DNA from: Utricularia gibba
Taxonomy: Eukaryota > Plantae > Magnoliophyta
Assembly: GCA_002189035.1 (NCBI GenBank)
Contig: NEEC01000007.1
Coordinates: 3,038,001-3,102,000 of the forward strand
DNA: 64,000 bases
Direction of reading: 5' to 3'
Under the pieces are notes generated by a model. It was not told the origin of the DNA. It did not search any database and saw nothing but the letters and a program-made list of their open reading frames with translations. Positions 1 to 13,029 of this stretch are shown here, one piece after another. Made by a program: the position numbers and the translations under genes. The number at the start of each line of letters is the position of its first letter. Position 1 is the stretch's first letter.

Positions 1-39
1 GCCTCTTATTTCTAAAGAGCCGTCCCATTTATTTTCAAT

Positions 40-1450
40 TAGATAGACACTTACGAAATGTCACATTTTGATTATGCCATTGAATTTATTTTAAAATAAA
101 TGAAAAAATTAATGACAATACCTACAAAACAACTTATTTATACTGTATGGCGCTTATTTTGATTTTTTAAATTAATTTACTGGAACGGCACATACATAAA
201 AATGTTTCTTATGGATGTAGGGGCCGCCAAAATATTGAAATACTATTAAATTTGCTTACAGATGTGAATTGTTTATTAAACGATTTCCCATTACAATTGG
301 CATCCATATTTTAAAAAATATTTTTTCGTACATAATTATTTTAAATAATTTTATGTTATAACATAGAATTATAAGTGTGTTGTTGACATACAATCACATT
401 TTAACTTAAAACATTTTTAGCAAAAATATGATACGAATGTAGGTTCTTGTCTAACTTAACCTCAGATGTTGCGAGGTTTAGTAGAGAAAAATATTTGAGA
501 TACAATATACATATACTTGTGTGAAAAAACTTCATTTTTATAATCCTACCTTAAATATTCAACGCATTACAACATTTATGTTGATAAACGTCATTAACAA
601 GGACCATTTATATTAAAAAAACATAAATTTCCACTTCGTAGTTTAGGGTTTTCAGGGTTTTAGGTTTAGGGTAAATAAAATATCTGAAATATTCACGCAT
701 TTTTAATATGTTGCAAATGTGAAATTTTGGACGGCACATACGTAACATTGCGTTTTGTAGGGGCGGTAAAAACAATTTATGGAAACACTCTCAAATGTAT
801 TTACGGATGAGAATTGTTTATTAAATAATTTACAATTCAAATTGACGTCCATTAGATACAAAATATTTTTTGTATCGAATTTCTATTTAAAAAAACTGAT
901 TCAAAAACCTTAAATTACAAATGTATAATTGAAAGGCAATATAATGACATTAAAGTTTATAAATAATCATCCACATTTACATTAGATACTAATGTATCTT
1001 GTTCTATAATTTAAATGTCAAATATTATGATGCTTTATAAAAAAAATATTGAACATATATTTACAAAGAAACGTGGTTTTTATTATTTTTAACGTTACAA
1101 TATTGGTGATGATAAACTTCATTACTATGAACAAAAACTATTAAAATTTTTAATGTGTAGTTTAATTAAGGGTTTAGGACAATTAAATGTGTAATAAATT
1201 CTCGTCATTTTTTTAAAAAAATGTAAGAATAGTTGGATTTTGAGAAGGTACATTCAAACACACGTAATGCGTAGGTGTCGCTGAAATATATCCACAACCT
1301 TTTTCATTTATCATTTTTAAAATACTAAAAATTTGAAATTTGGGACGGCAAATTAAACAATGAGTTATCTGGATTTAGACTATATATGGATGTGAATAAT
1401 TCTATGTAATATGATTTTCTGAAAAAGTTGGCGTCCATTATATAAGTGTA
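40..1450. repeat. Degenerate ~530-610 bp tandem repeat (about 3 units), AT-rich, probably internal to a transposon
   Basis: Landmarks recur at regular spacing: G(A/G)ACGGCA at ~183, ~729 and ~1343; TTGGC(A/G)TCCA or TTGACGTCCA at ~297, ~842 and ~1427; TGATAAAC(G/T)TCATT followed by AGGGTTT at ~582-670 and ~1109-1178. Confidence 0.6.
642..672 (+). repeat. Short degenerate interstitial telomere-like (TTTAGGG) tract
   Basis: Sequence tttagggttttcagggttttaggtttagggt; a shorter echo (agggtttagg) lies at ~1169-1178 in the next repeat unit. Confidence 0.55.
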
Positions 1451-1789
1451 CAACTCTACCTAGTTTACATCATCTTTTGCTGCATACAAAGACTCTTCTT
1501 ATCAGTGTCGTCGCGCTCCTGAAAACCCAGAATTCGTCGGCTTAAAATCGGGTAATCTTGTTGTTGAAACTTACATTATTTTTGTGAAATGTATTCTATG
1601 CATTTGTTGGTGCAGTATGCCTTATATATTAAGTTGGGTTTAGTTATTAAAAATTGTCTTTTCATATAATTATGTATTTAGTTGGGTTTAGCTGTGTTTT
1701 TCATCGTTAATATCATGTTTGTTTTGCTGTTTTCCATTTCCTTATTTTTAGAATTTCATTCTTATTATGTATCCTTTATTGATTAGGGA

Positions 1790-3222
1790 ATGGATAGATT
1801 TCGTGTTAAATATTTCATCCCAACCGATTGGTTGACAATTCCTGCTCTGCAAAACACACCTCTTGATGCCAATCCCCCTCATGAACATCCCAATGCTTGG
1901 CTTGTGTCTCGTAAAACATTTGATGCTGGTCTTAGGCTACCTATCCATCCCTTTGTTGTTGATGTGCTCACCTACTTGAGATTGCCTATTGGGTTTTTAG
2001 CACCATCTTCCTATAGTATTATCTTAGCCTTCATACACTTGTGTGAAGAAGAATATGTAGAACCTTCCTTGTCAAATTTTTTTACACTATCTCTTCCAAA
2101 AAAAGTTCCTACTGGAACATGGTATTTTCAAGGATTATCAAATACTAGATTTTATCAAAAACTACCTAAAACTATGGTTCGATAGGATAAACTTCTTTTA
2201 TGGATTGTACCACCTACATCTTTTACAATCTCAAGGCATTATCCATTGACATATTCTGGGGATGATGTTATAAATTAATGTGAACGAGGAAACTAGACAT
2301 GCATTAAAAAATCTTTTGCAATTAAAAATATATATGACTGAAGACATCATCCCAAAGTCTGCACAAATTCGAAGTAAGTCTTTTTAATTTACATTATTTT
2401 TCCAATATGTTATTTTAATTATTTATTTAACACTATGACAGCATTTCAAAACATTCATGGTATCGTTGAGTGGCGGTCTGCACCAACATCAAGGCGAAAT
2501 CATCATTAGCTTGTTGTTTATGAACAATCAATTCCGCTAAACATCGATAGCAATGAACAACAGGTAAATAAAGTAGGAATATTATTTAATTTTTTATTTT
2601 TTCTTCAAATAAATAAGGTTTGCAATATAAAAATTTATTTGTGTAGGAGAATTCTGAACAATAAAATGGAGATGAGGAGAATGAAGTGCCTATTCATGAG
2701 GAGGCTGAAGTGTATATTAATGAGGAGCTCTCAGTTGCACGCCAACATGACAAAGAACTCATTTTAAACCAATGTAAATACATTCAATGGATGGAACATG
2801 AGGTAATAAAAACGAAACTTATTTTGCTAATACATGTGATAGTTGTTTTTTTATGTTTTCTAATTTAGTTTTTTTTTCTTCTTTAGATAATAGATCTCAA
2901 GTTTCAGATTCAGAAGAACAAAAACAGAATGGATGATTTGGTAGCACAGCAATCTATATACAAGGTTGAATTGAAGATGAAAGGCAATGAATTGATTGCT
3001 GGACAACAAAAATCTATCAACTTTCAATTGGAAATAATGAAGCTGAATGAAAAAATACAGGTGTTAGAGGAAGAATCACAACTTCATAGATTGCAAGCTC
3101 AATTGAATGAAAACGATGTTATAGCAATGGCTCAACAAAGAGACATGTCTTCCACAAGTGCGGGCACAAGCAAAGATAAACGAAGAGGTAGAGACAGACC
3201 CAAAGGAAATGGAAGAAAATGA
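1790..3222 (+). pseudogene. Spliced transposon-related gene: Transposase_28 (putative gypsy-type) domain plus C-terminal coiled coil, with premature stops
   Basis: ORF 1790-2185 contains AGLRLPIHPFVVDVLTYLRLPIGFLAPSSYSIILAFIHLC, which I recognise as PF04195-like. A TAG at 2183-2185 interrupts a frame that continues DKLLLWIVPP. GT-AG intron-like AT-rich segments at ~2374-2441, ~2564-2647 and ~2803-2886 separate exon-like pieces ending in the coiled-coil/basic ORF 2929-3222. Confidence 0.55.
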
Positions 3223-4184
3223 AAGAGTCAATAACAATGTTGTGTTTTTTTTTCAAAAGATTTGGCTTATTTTGTAGTATTATATTTCAATTGTGACAGT
3301 CTATTTATTTCACAACTGTCGTTTAATTTTCTAATAACTAATTGACATTTTTTACGAAAATTATAAAATTAAATATAAAAGCAAATATACAAATTACAAA
3401 AAGAATAACAACAATATTTGTTTTTTTCTGTAAAATTGAATTATTTCGTATTATTATGGCTGGCTCCTATCAAAATACTTATTTAGTAGTTATCGTTACT
3501 AGAAAATTATTTCGTATCATTTTTTTATACGTCCTACGAAATCCTCTAATGCGTAGGTATCGCTTCAAATTTTTAATAACTGAATCATGTTTTTTCTATT
3601 AATTATAAAATTGAACATATAAAACAATCATACGAATTAAAAAATGGATGATAACAATATTTATTAATTTTTAGTGAAATTAACTTATTTCGTATTATAT
3701 TATATATTGAACTCATACCAAATTATTTATTACATAGCTGTTGCTTTTAATTTTTTAATATTTAAATCATGCTTTTCAAAATATTATAAAATGGAAAATA
3801 AAAAAATCATGCAAATTAGAAAATAGATATTTACAGTATTTGTTTTTCCTTGAAAAATTTAATTATTTCATACTATTATATTAAACTCTCATCAAATTAC
3901 TTATTTTACAGATAATGTTAATATAACATTGTTATGTTTCATTTTACTATGAAACTATAATATTAAATTCTTTAAATGTATTCACTTTTTAATAATAAAA
4001 AAATGTTTTTTCAGAAATATTATAGATTTAAAATAAAAATCAATTATTAGAAATATAGTTGAAAAAAAATACTTTTTCGTGCATATATATTAATTTTATT
4101 TAAAATCAAAATCAATTATTTAAATATTTAATATTTATGAAAAAATTCACTTCCACACACCCATAAAGATTCATATGGGTGCCT

Positions 4185-4335
4185 AGAAAGTATCTACAAA
4201 ACCGAAACCGTCCGTATGGTTCTGGTTTCAGTTCGGATCAAGCCTTCGGGATACGGTTCCGAACCGAAACTGGAACCATTGCCCACGACAAACCGCGGTT
4301 TTGGAACCGATGGTTCGCTGGAACCGAACCCACCA
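4185..4335. repeat. Cluster of GAACCG/AAACCG/CGGTTC motifs (hAT/MITE subterminal-like)
   Basis: Dense AACCG/CGGTT and GGAACC/GGTTC motifs in both orientations within ~150 bp. A small hairpin cacccata...tatgggtg lies just upstream at ~4159-4180. Confidence 0.45.
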
Positions 4336-6572
4336 CTACGTTAAGGTATCGGTTCCCAATTCCTCGCCTTAATGATCTTTTAGACCAAATCCAGGGATCC
4401 ACTATATTCTTGAAACTGGATTGAAGAATGGTTATAATCAAAGTCGGATTCGCCCAAGCAATGAATGGAAAACAGCCTTCAAGACACGAGAGGGTCTCTA
4501 TGAGTGGATGGTCATGCCGTTCAGGTTATCCAATGCGTCGGGCACATTCATGCAGGTCATGAACCACCTGCTACGCCCATTTATTGGAAATTTTTGGTGG
4601 TATACTTTGATGATATCCTAATATTTAGCCCTAACCAAGACACCCATATTCGTCACATTTGTGTTGTTTTGGCAACCCTTCAAAGGAAACACTTCTTCAC
4701 CGCCAAATCTAAGTGCCTCTTTTTGCAAAGAAAAATTCTGTTTTTGGGTTATGTGATTTCAAGTGATGGATTGGAGGTAGACCAAGCTAAAGTTGTAGTT
4801 ATTGCCTCCTAGTCAGTCCCCTTGTCTATTTTTGATGTGCGGAGTTTTCACGGCCTTGCGTCTTTTTATCAACAATATATTGCTAATTTAAGCGACTTGA
4901 TGGATCCCATTATGGATGTGCTGAGGCTAGATAAATTTGTGTGCATTGAGGCTAAGTCAGCATTTCGTTTTGTGAAAACTAGATTGACCTCTGCACCTAT
5001 ATTGGCCCTTCCAAACTTCTAGTTGCCGCTTGAGCCCCATTGTGATGCCTCCATGGTTGGGATTGGCACTATCCTTAGCCAACAACAACATTCCATATCC
5101 TTTTTCAGCGAGAAATTAAATGAAAGCAAACAGAATTATAGTACTTATGAACTGAAACTCTATGCTCTTGTTCGTGCTTTGGCTTATTGGAACCATTACC
5201 TTCTTCATCAAGAAGTGGTTTTATGGAGCGACATGATTCATTAAAATATCTCCATATTCAGAATAAGATTTCCAGCAAGAATGGACGTTGGATAGCCTTT
5301 CTCCAATAGTACTCCTTTGCGATCAAACACTATAAGATGGCTGATGCCTTAAGCCAACGGCGTACATGCTTAGGCACCTTGAGGGTCTAGGTATCGCGTT
5401 TTGACCTCTTTTTTGGACCGATTATGCGACGAAGTGGTGCGGGTTGCAAATGAGACTGTGCATGATGAGGATCTATTTAAAGGGTAGCAACTTTGTATCC
5501 TAGATTGTAGCTTGCGTTTGTTATTGATTCAGTTCCTTCACAACGAGGGTCACGTAGGACGTGATCGCTCATTGCAGCTTATTATTGGCCAAGACAGCAA
5601 AAACATGTAATTTGTGCGCTCTTGTCATGTTTGCCAGTTTAGCAAGGGATCAGCCACGAATGAAGGTTGTTACCTGCCACTCCCGGTCCCTTCTCAACCA
5701 TGGGTTAACATGTGCATGAATTTTGTCTTGGGTCTTCCTTGCACACAAAAGGGGTTTGATTCTATACTTGTGGTGATTTGCAAATTCTATAAAATGGTGC
5801 ACTTTATCCCCTATCACTGAACAAATTATACTAACCAGGTGGCCGTATTATTCTTTCATGAGGTGTATCGCCTTCATGGTTTGCCCATTTCTATTGTCTT
5901 GAATTGGGATACCCGTTTTTTGGGGTACTTTTGGCACAGTCTATTGAAGTTGGTTGGTGCTAACCTCAAATTCAGCTTCACGTATCATTCGGAGATAGAC
6001 GGTCAGACAGAAGTTGTCAATCTTTTCTTGGGGAACTTACTGTGTTGTTTCGTTAATGATGGACAGCTAGCCTAGGATCTTGTTTTGAGTCATGCTCACA
6101 ATCATGTTGCAAATCAAAGTACTAGCTTAAGCCCGTTTGCGATGGTTTTTTCAGTCATTCCTCGTGGCCCTGCTAAGTTGTCCCCTGCTATTTTGGGTGG
6201 CTGTCTACATGGTGCGACTGTGGATTTTTTCCATGTACTTAGCAAGACCCATGACACTGTTATTAAGCACCTGAATGAGGTGAATGCCTCTTACAAATGT
6301 ACTATGGATATTCATCGTTGTCATGTGGAATTCATTGTAGGGGAGCTAGTTTGGGTTATCATTACTAAGGCACGTTATCTCGCTCATGAGTATCACAAAT
6401 TGTCCGACAGAAAGGTTGGCCCGGTGCAGGTAGTGGAACATATTAACTCTAATGCTTATAGCATTCTCCTCCCAGTGCATATCAAGTGTTCGAACGTCTT
6501 TAATGTCTGCCACATTCTGCCTTACCACCCGTCGCTACCCGATTCTGAGGCAAGTCCTTCCACTGGAGGGGA
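4335..6572 (+). mobile_element. 5'-truncated, degenerate Ty3/gypsy pol (RT-RNaseH-integrase), CRM-like clade
   Basis: [58 protein letters not shown], integrase MNFVLGLP...DGQTEVVN and C-terminal GPVQVVEHINSNAY...TGGDD. There are many stops and frameshifts, and no gag or protease. Confidence 0.93.
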
Positions 6573-6862
6573 TGATGTAGGCCCACTACGTGGGGCGGGC
6601 TCATGGGTTTAAGGCCCAAGACCACAAAATTAAGTGTTTCCCTTCCCAACCGCCATGGTTAGTGCTTCGAAATTCAGGTTTTCCTTTGTTATCCTTAGCT
6701 CCAAACTTCGGTTGAGTGTGAGTCAGAAGCAAGGCCACCTCTAAGTTTGATTACTTGGTGTTTTAGGTTGGAGGTGAGTTTACTGCGTGCAACAGAGATT
6801 CCTCAATTCTGAATCTTGTGGAGGCTCATCTACGTTGTGCGAAGAGTCTCAGTGTTGCATCG
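6573..6862 (+). mobile_element. 3' LTR of the gypsy element
   Basis: Polypurine tract GGAGGGGA immediately precedes TGATG at 6573. The probable end is GCATCG at 6857-6862 (CATCA with a terminal A>G change). The end point is inferred. Confidence 0.55.
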
Positions 6863-7473
6863 TGTCTGTCTTATTCTATTTTATCCTTTGTTCTTGCTGG
6901 AGTTATAAGGAGGGTGCCACAATCATTGCTGAATATTTACCCTAAAGGAACGCTTTGTTTTAAAAATCAGTCAACATGAATCGGTCTCAACTGTCTATTT
7001 ACATCACAAAGTTTTCTAGATTCTCGCATCTTCTTCCTTAGATCTTTGTCTTCGACCAATTCTTCCTCCCATTGATTCAAAACGGAATCGATTCCTTCTT
7101 CACCAACTAATAGGTTGCTTTGCTTGAGTTCAAGATTCATTGGTACTCCAATTATGTATGCTGGTAAGTTTTATGAACATTGTCTTATATCAGGACACTA
7201 GAACCCTTTACAATGTCGACTAAATGAATCTCTTAAAAGACATGTTCATAACCTATACACAGCAAAGTGAAGAGAATATATTCATTCTAAAGATACAAAA
7301 TGATGTGCCTAGCTCTCTTGATTGTTCTGAAATATGCAAACTGCATTTGTAAGAAGTATTAACCTTGAGAGTATTTTCATTTTGGTTGTTCCATGGCCCC
7401 TTGCCTTCTACTTGCAAATATCCATTCCGAGTCAATTTCTCCGAAAAACTTGGGTACCTCATTGCCAATAATC

Positions 7474-8616
7474 TGTAACGCCCCATACCCCTCCCCCCCT
7501 AAACCGCACAACGAGCATGGTAATGCTACCTTTTGACCGCGCAGTGCACGACCGACACCACACAAGAGCTCATATAGGGAAATATCACACAACTTGGCCA
7601 AAAGTCATCAACAGTAATTACAACCTAAGCAATTTACAGCACACATCATAAGGGAAGGCCCTTCCCTCTACAAGCACCAGCACGCCCAGTCACTTAGCAA
7701 CTATTGGGGAGATACTCCTCGTGCATAATCACGCCAAAAGCATATTACATTCCTAGCACTAGGGGAGGGCACCTCCCGCACCTTCGGCGCTACAAGCACG
7801 GACTCAAAACATGACTCTCAGCCACCCTTGCCTTGGCTATCCCATCGGCGCACCCTCCTTGGCCACTCCAGCCGTAGACCTAGTGTCCGAACCTACAAAC
7901 AAGAACGAGTAAGGCATTAATTCTCGTGGTAGGAGGAACATCGTTCCTCATCTCATTCCCCTCTCTCGGTCATCACTCGTTTTCCCCCAGCCTGAAGGCT
8001 CACGGGTTCTGTCCCGCGGCTCGCCCGCGTTGCCGGCAGACCGGGTTCTCGACTGTGGGAGAGTCCCGCGTCGCCCCCACTCGCGATGAGCTCAGGCTTC
8101 CACACCCTCGGGTAGTCCTGAGTTGCCGCCGGTGTTCGGTCCTCACCGGCCCTGCCCGAAGGCTCCGTCTGCTCGCCCGAACCGATACCCAAGGCTAAGC
8201 CCCTTACTTTTGCTGCTTCTGGCGACTCTCGCGCACTGCACGTCCACTTTCGACTAGTTCGCACCATGGTTCCTTCCGGTTCGCGACTCCTCTCTCGGAC
8301 GTGTAGCCCCAGCCCTAACTTCATTCCCAATTCTACTTAGCGGGTCAATTTCGGAGACAGGTCGCGCGCACGTTTCGCGAGCAGGTCGCGGGTGAAGGAT
8401 GTCCCCTGCCCAGCTCCTCGACTCCCCCTTTCCTATCCCTTGCGATGCGCCCCGCATGTCTCCCGCGTGGTGGTGGTGGTGAGGGCTACACTGCTTCAGC
8501 AGGGAATACCACGGTGAACCTCTCTCACACCTCTCCTATTGCGGTTGACACACGCTGGCTCGTAACAAGGCCATTAAGACTCCCTCCCACACTACTCTAA
8601 CTCCTGGTCATTACCA
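7474..8616. mobile_element. Solo-LTR candidate (Ty3/gypsy-type), 1143 bp, GC-rich
   Basis: Starts TGTAACGCCCC and ends ...TTACCA, flanked on both sides by TAATC (7469-7473 and 8617-8621), a 5-bp TSD. There is no PBS next to it, and its GC-rich interior differs from the flanks. Confidence 0.6.
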
Positions 8617-8730
8617 TAATCAGCCATTGTAACACATAGAAAGTACAACTCTGTTCATCTAGAAGCTTATACAGTTACCTAGAATCAATTGCCACAAGCA
8701 ACTTGTGTTTGTAATTGTTATGATTTAGAA

Positions 8731-9106
8731 TGTAGATAAAAAATCCAAAAAGAATATCAATGAGTTGTTCACCAAAGATTGTATTTGATTTGATGATAAC
8801 TTTATGTTTGTGTAATTTTGATACAAAACAAAAAATAACATCAAATTTTATGTGAAAACCCTAAAGGAAAAAACCACGAATGAAACATCACTCAAAGATG
8901 AACTAATTCAAGGAATTAAAGCCACAAATGCAAGCCATATTCTCAAATCAATTCACACTCCTAAGATCTAAGAACTCACCTCATGTATGAAGTGTTTTGG
9001 TTGATTCTTTAATGGACAAGATGGACACCTGAATTTCCCCTTGAGATGATCTCAGTTAGTCTATACTATAACCCCTCGATCTTTAATTTTTAAATAAATT
9101 CTAACA
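8731..9106 (-). mobile_element. Copia-type LTR remnant
   Basis: On the minus strand it begins TGTTAGAA (9106) and ends ...TCTACA (8731). It contains the GTGGTTTTTTCCTTTAGGGTTTTCAC motif typical of plant copia LTRs. No matching TSD was found. Confidence 0.45.
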
Positions 9107-10422
9107 CATAAGCTATAGGGTACTCCTATTGACAAGCATAGAGCAATCAATTGATTTGGTTGCTTATCTTAAAGATGGATAATATTTGAATTGACGGCTT
9201 GGAATAAGAGAAAGTAATCATAGTGACCTCAACTATGAGAACGTCTTTTTGCCTATTCCAATGAGCAAGGTATCTTCAAATTTGAAGCGGGGCAAAACTA
9301 GTCCATAAATCTCACTTGATCTCTCATTAGTATTTCAACAGTATTTAGTACCAAGTATTTGCAAATTTGAAGCGGTATTTATCCATAAGCACCATGCCCA
9401 CATTAAATTAGATGAAGGGAGATGCACTTGAATTTTCACAAGAGCAATATAATCAAATAATGGTTTAATAATATCTCAGATCCCAAATCAATCTGAAGTT
9501 AGGACCAACAGTCGTAGCATACATTTTGCATTATGACATTCACGATTTTTTTAGCAAGATATCTATTAGAAAAATCTGATATGAAATTCAATACTGTACA
9601 TTAATAATTTATGATATTACTATATAATAATAATTGACAATCTACTTTGAAAACATTTATAGTAATATAGTACTATAATTTAATATGATATATATTAAAA
9701 TATTATATGTTATTAACCTAATTAGTTATATGACATTTCTAGAACAATAAGGTTCTAATACTTCAATCCCCAAATATTTTAAAATTATTTTATTATTTAT
9801 AAAAATGAAAAATTATTTTGAAAATATTATTAAAGAATTAAAAAACAATTAAATAAATTATTTTTAAAAATATTATTTAAAAAAATTATTCACATATTAT
9901 TTTTTAATATTTCATGATTGCTGTATTAGTACAATAATTAACTCCACTCTCCAAATCTATACACAAACACATGGATTAAATCATATGCAACTTGAAATTC
10001 AATCCCTAATTTCAAAAGAATGTTCTTGGTGTCACATAAATATATCATTATTTTATGTATGTATTCTCATTACGCAAAATTTCAAAGTAGATATTTTATT
10101 TTAAACATTGGTCGGGGAATAGACACGTGTTATTAGTGGATTGGATAGGCTGACAAGTCTCTCACGCATACGGCTCGCTTTCAAAGGAATATGCTATGGC
10201 TCCAAACAGGTATTCCAGGCATAAATAGATTACAACAAAACACTTGTTGTAAGAGTCCCCAGATGAGCTTACAATAATGAAGCATTCTGGGATAATGACG
10301 ACTGATCAGTAAGTTGCAGAAGAGGTGATCCAGTGACAGTTACCATGGCTGCTCCATCACCCAATAGATGGTTTATTTATGTGGAAGAGGAGTGGGATGT
10401 CGTCACTGAAGAAGCACGAATG

Positions 10423-11648
10423 TCATTCCACCTTCTGCAGTGAGTAAGTTGGGAGTTTGATGTCTTTCCAAGGACCTCTGTCTGACCTCAGACAGCCGCC
10501 TTCATGCTCACAAGTGCAGTTTCCTCCAAGAAAATCTGGCAGCTCACTGAGTGGTACATAATGGCTGCTCATTAGTTATGGAAACCAGTCGAATGTGGTC
10601 GAATATAGTGAATGAAACTAGGAATCAAAAGGTGCTATGAATCACTTGTTATGTTGGGTACCTTTCGTCAATCATTTCAAGCAGTTGGCTTCTATATTTA
10701 TGTCCAAGGATCTGAGAATTGGAAAAGGGAGTCATTCATTTTATACAACTTATGACTATTTAGGGGAATCCACATTCGGGAGGCCTTGAGTTTTCATATG
10801 ATCGACTCAGATAGATAAAAGAACAGGGATCACCTGGACTTTGGATACTGTTTCAGGGTCGATGAAAAACTTCACAGCATTCCAAAGGAATCTGAAGCCA
10901 GGGCCAGCATTCACAATGAACATTTTCTCCAATGTCTGCAAAATGAACTCAAATGTCATCTATGCTGATCATGTTGAGGAAATAGTAAACAATCGACTTA
11001 CTTCAGGATATGCATCGTAAATCTTTCTCAGCTCCAGAAGAACTTTTTGAACAGGTCCCTTGAAGCTCTTAAAGCTCTGAGAAGCAAAGCATTGCACACA
11101 CGTATTAAGAAGGTATGAACATGAGCAAACCACAGCATTCAAGAAGGGAAGTTTACTCAACGCTGACCACTCCCTCAACATCAACGATGGATACACTTCG
11201 GCTAACAACTTTATCTGCAGCAATCGAGCAGGCTGGAAAACGAACAGCAATCGTCTTTTTGTATTGCTCACTTTGGTATTCCAGATAACGCTCCAAGGTG
11301 GTTACTTTTATCAACCCTTCTACATTAACCTTCCCCAATCTTTCAATGTAGATAGGCTTCCCCTCTTTGTCTACACCATGGTATCCATGGGGATAGTGCT
11401 GCTTAACTTCATGAAGCTCCTCATAGTCGAAGTCCTGCTAAATACCACGATAATAACGAACCACGTTCTTGTTATTCGGGCGAAATCAAACCGAACCGCA
11501 AAAGAAAAAAAAAAAAAGAAAACTTAGGTTTATTGTAGGAGAAAAACAGGGGCATGCCCTCTGAACAATCCCATCAAAAGGATTACTCGAAATTCAATTG
11601 CATGTCTACAACTGCACACACCAAAAATCTAGAGTAAATCACCTTCAT
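10423..11648 (-). CDS. SEC14/CRAL-TRIO phosphatidylinositol transfer protein (SFH family), unusually short, multi-exon
   Basis: Exons give MK | [36 protein letters not shown]...RFPACSIAA...DVEGV | SFKSF...DAYPE | [34 protein letters not shown] | [16 protein letters not shown] | [28 protein letters not shown]...KVE*. All junctions are GT-AG. Start and stop are inferred. Confidence 0.85.
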
Positions 11649-11951
11649 GACACTGCTGGCCCTGGAATACGGAAAACCTGCATACAAAAAATAGGAGTTT
11701 CAATCAACAAATGGAGGTGAAGGAGGCATCTCAGAAGAGAAACTGAATTGCTGGCATCAACTTCAGTTTGTGTTCTCCAAAATTGATCGTCATGGCAGAG
11801 GACAATCGCAAACAAACAAGGAGATAAAAGTGGAAGACGCAGATTTGAAGCAAATCACCTTCCGCTTCTTCACCTCTTCTTCCGCAGCTGGAAAGAGAAG
11901 CAGAGCTGCGAAATGGGGTTAGTTATATGGTGCGGGGTCTGCTCCCATGGA

Positions 11952-12032
11952 CGCCACGTGGCGGACGTCTGTTGGCTTAGCAGCTCTCCAATCGGAATAT
12001 GCTTCTTTGCACTTTACGTAACGTCGCACGTC
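11952..12032. promoter_or_regulatory. ACGT-element cluster (perfect palindromic G-box, A-box) upstream of the SEC14 gene
   Basis: CGCCACGTGGCG at 11952-11963, GACGTC at ~11964-11969, TTACGTAA at 12014-12021 and further ACGT cores up to ~12032. Confidence 0.45.
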
Positions 12033-12409
12033 TCTAACCGCATTCTGCAATATACATGTCAAACGAAGCATGAACAAGGCAACGAAAATAGGATAAGAAA
12101 TTATTATTATTATTATAATTAATTTTACTTTAAATATACATATACTTTTCATTAATTACATCTAAATATTTTTATTCATTTCAAATATATCTAAATTTAA
12201 TGATTTTATTTAAAGATGCATAATATGAGTGTACATGAAAAAAATAATTGTGATGTATAAGCTATAAAGTTTAATATTAACAACAAATATACCTAAATGT
12301 TTGGAATTTTTTAACACACATAATTTATTAGACGAATTAATTCTGAAAAAAAAAATCTCAATAATAAATGTAAAAATTTAAATATATTTGATATAAATAA
12401 ATATATTTA

Positions 12410-13029
12410 GGGCTAGTTTGGTAGGGTAGAATTTATTGATTTCATTTAGATAGTAAATGTACATATGCGCGTTTTACAGCCATGATTTATTTAAACCTTA
12501 TTTTGATTCAAATCTGCAATTTTCCAAATAGGTAGTTTTTACTCAAACCCACCATGTTGATAGGTTTGATAATATACAGGATCTAAATACTTGCTTTGAA
12601 AAATTTTAACCTTCTATTTATAATTTTATTTAATGTTATCATTTTTTTAAGTGAATTCTAAACCCTTATCTCCTCAGCCTTATCTTGTTTGTATTGATAT
12701 CCTCATTGCTCGTGTATGTGAAGTCTTTGAATTGTTTTATGCATTTAACAAAAGAAAATGTTGGTTTTAATCTTTTTATGTTCTTTTGATTATCTTTTTT
12801 TTGTGTATTTTGTATTTTTTTTTAATCTCTCATATAGGAGGAAGAGGATTTCAGATATGAGAGAAAAATATATTAAATATGTTAAATAATTTAAAGATTA
12901 AAAATATAAATTAATCAAATGATAAATATATATATTGATTCATATATAAACCTAAGTAAATGTAAACCCATCAAATATCCCAAATAACTCTCTTCCAATT
13001 TATTCCTATCCTATCTACCAAACTGGAAG
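12410..13029. mobile_element. Tourist/PIF-like MITE (~620 bp)
   Basis: Left end TTA+GGGCTAGTTTGGTAG and right end CTACCAAACTGGAAG+TAA form imperfect TIRs sharing AGTTTGGTAG. The interior is AT-rich and non-coding. The TSD copies differ (TTA vs TAA). Confidence 0.5.
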
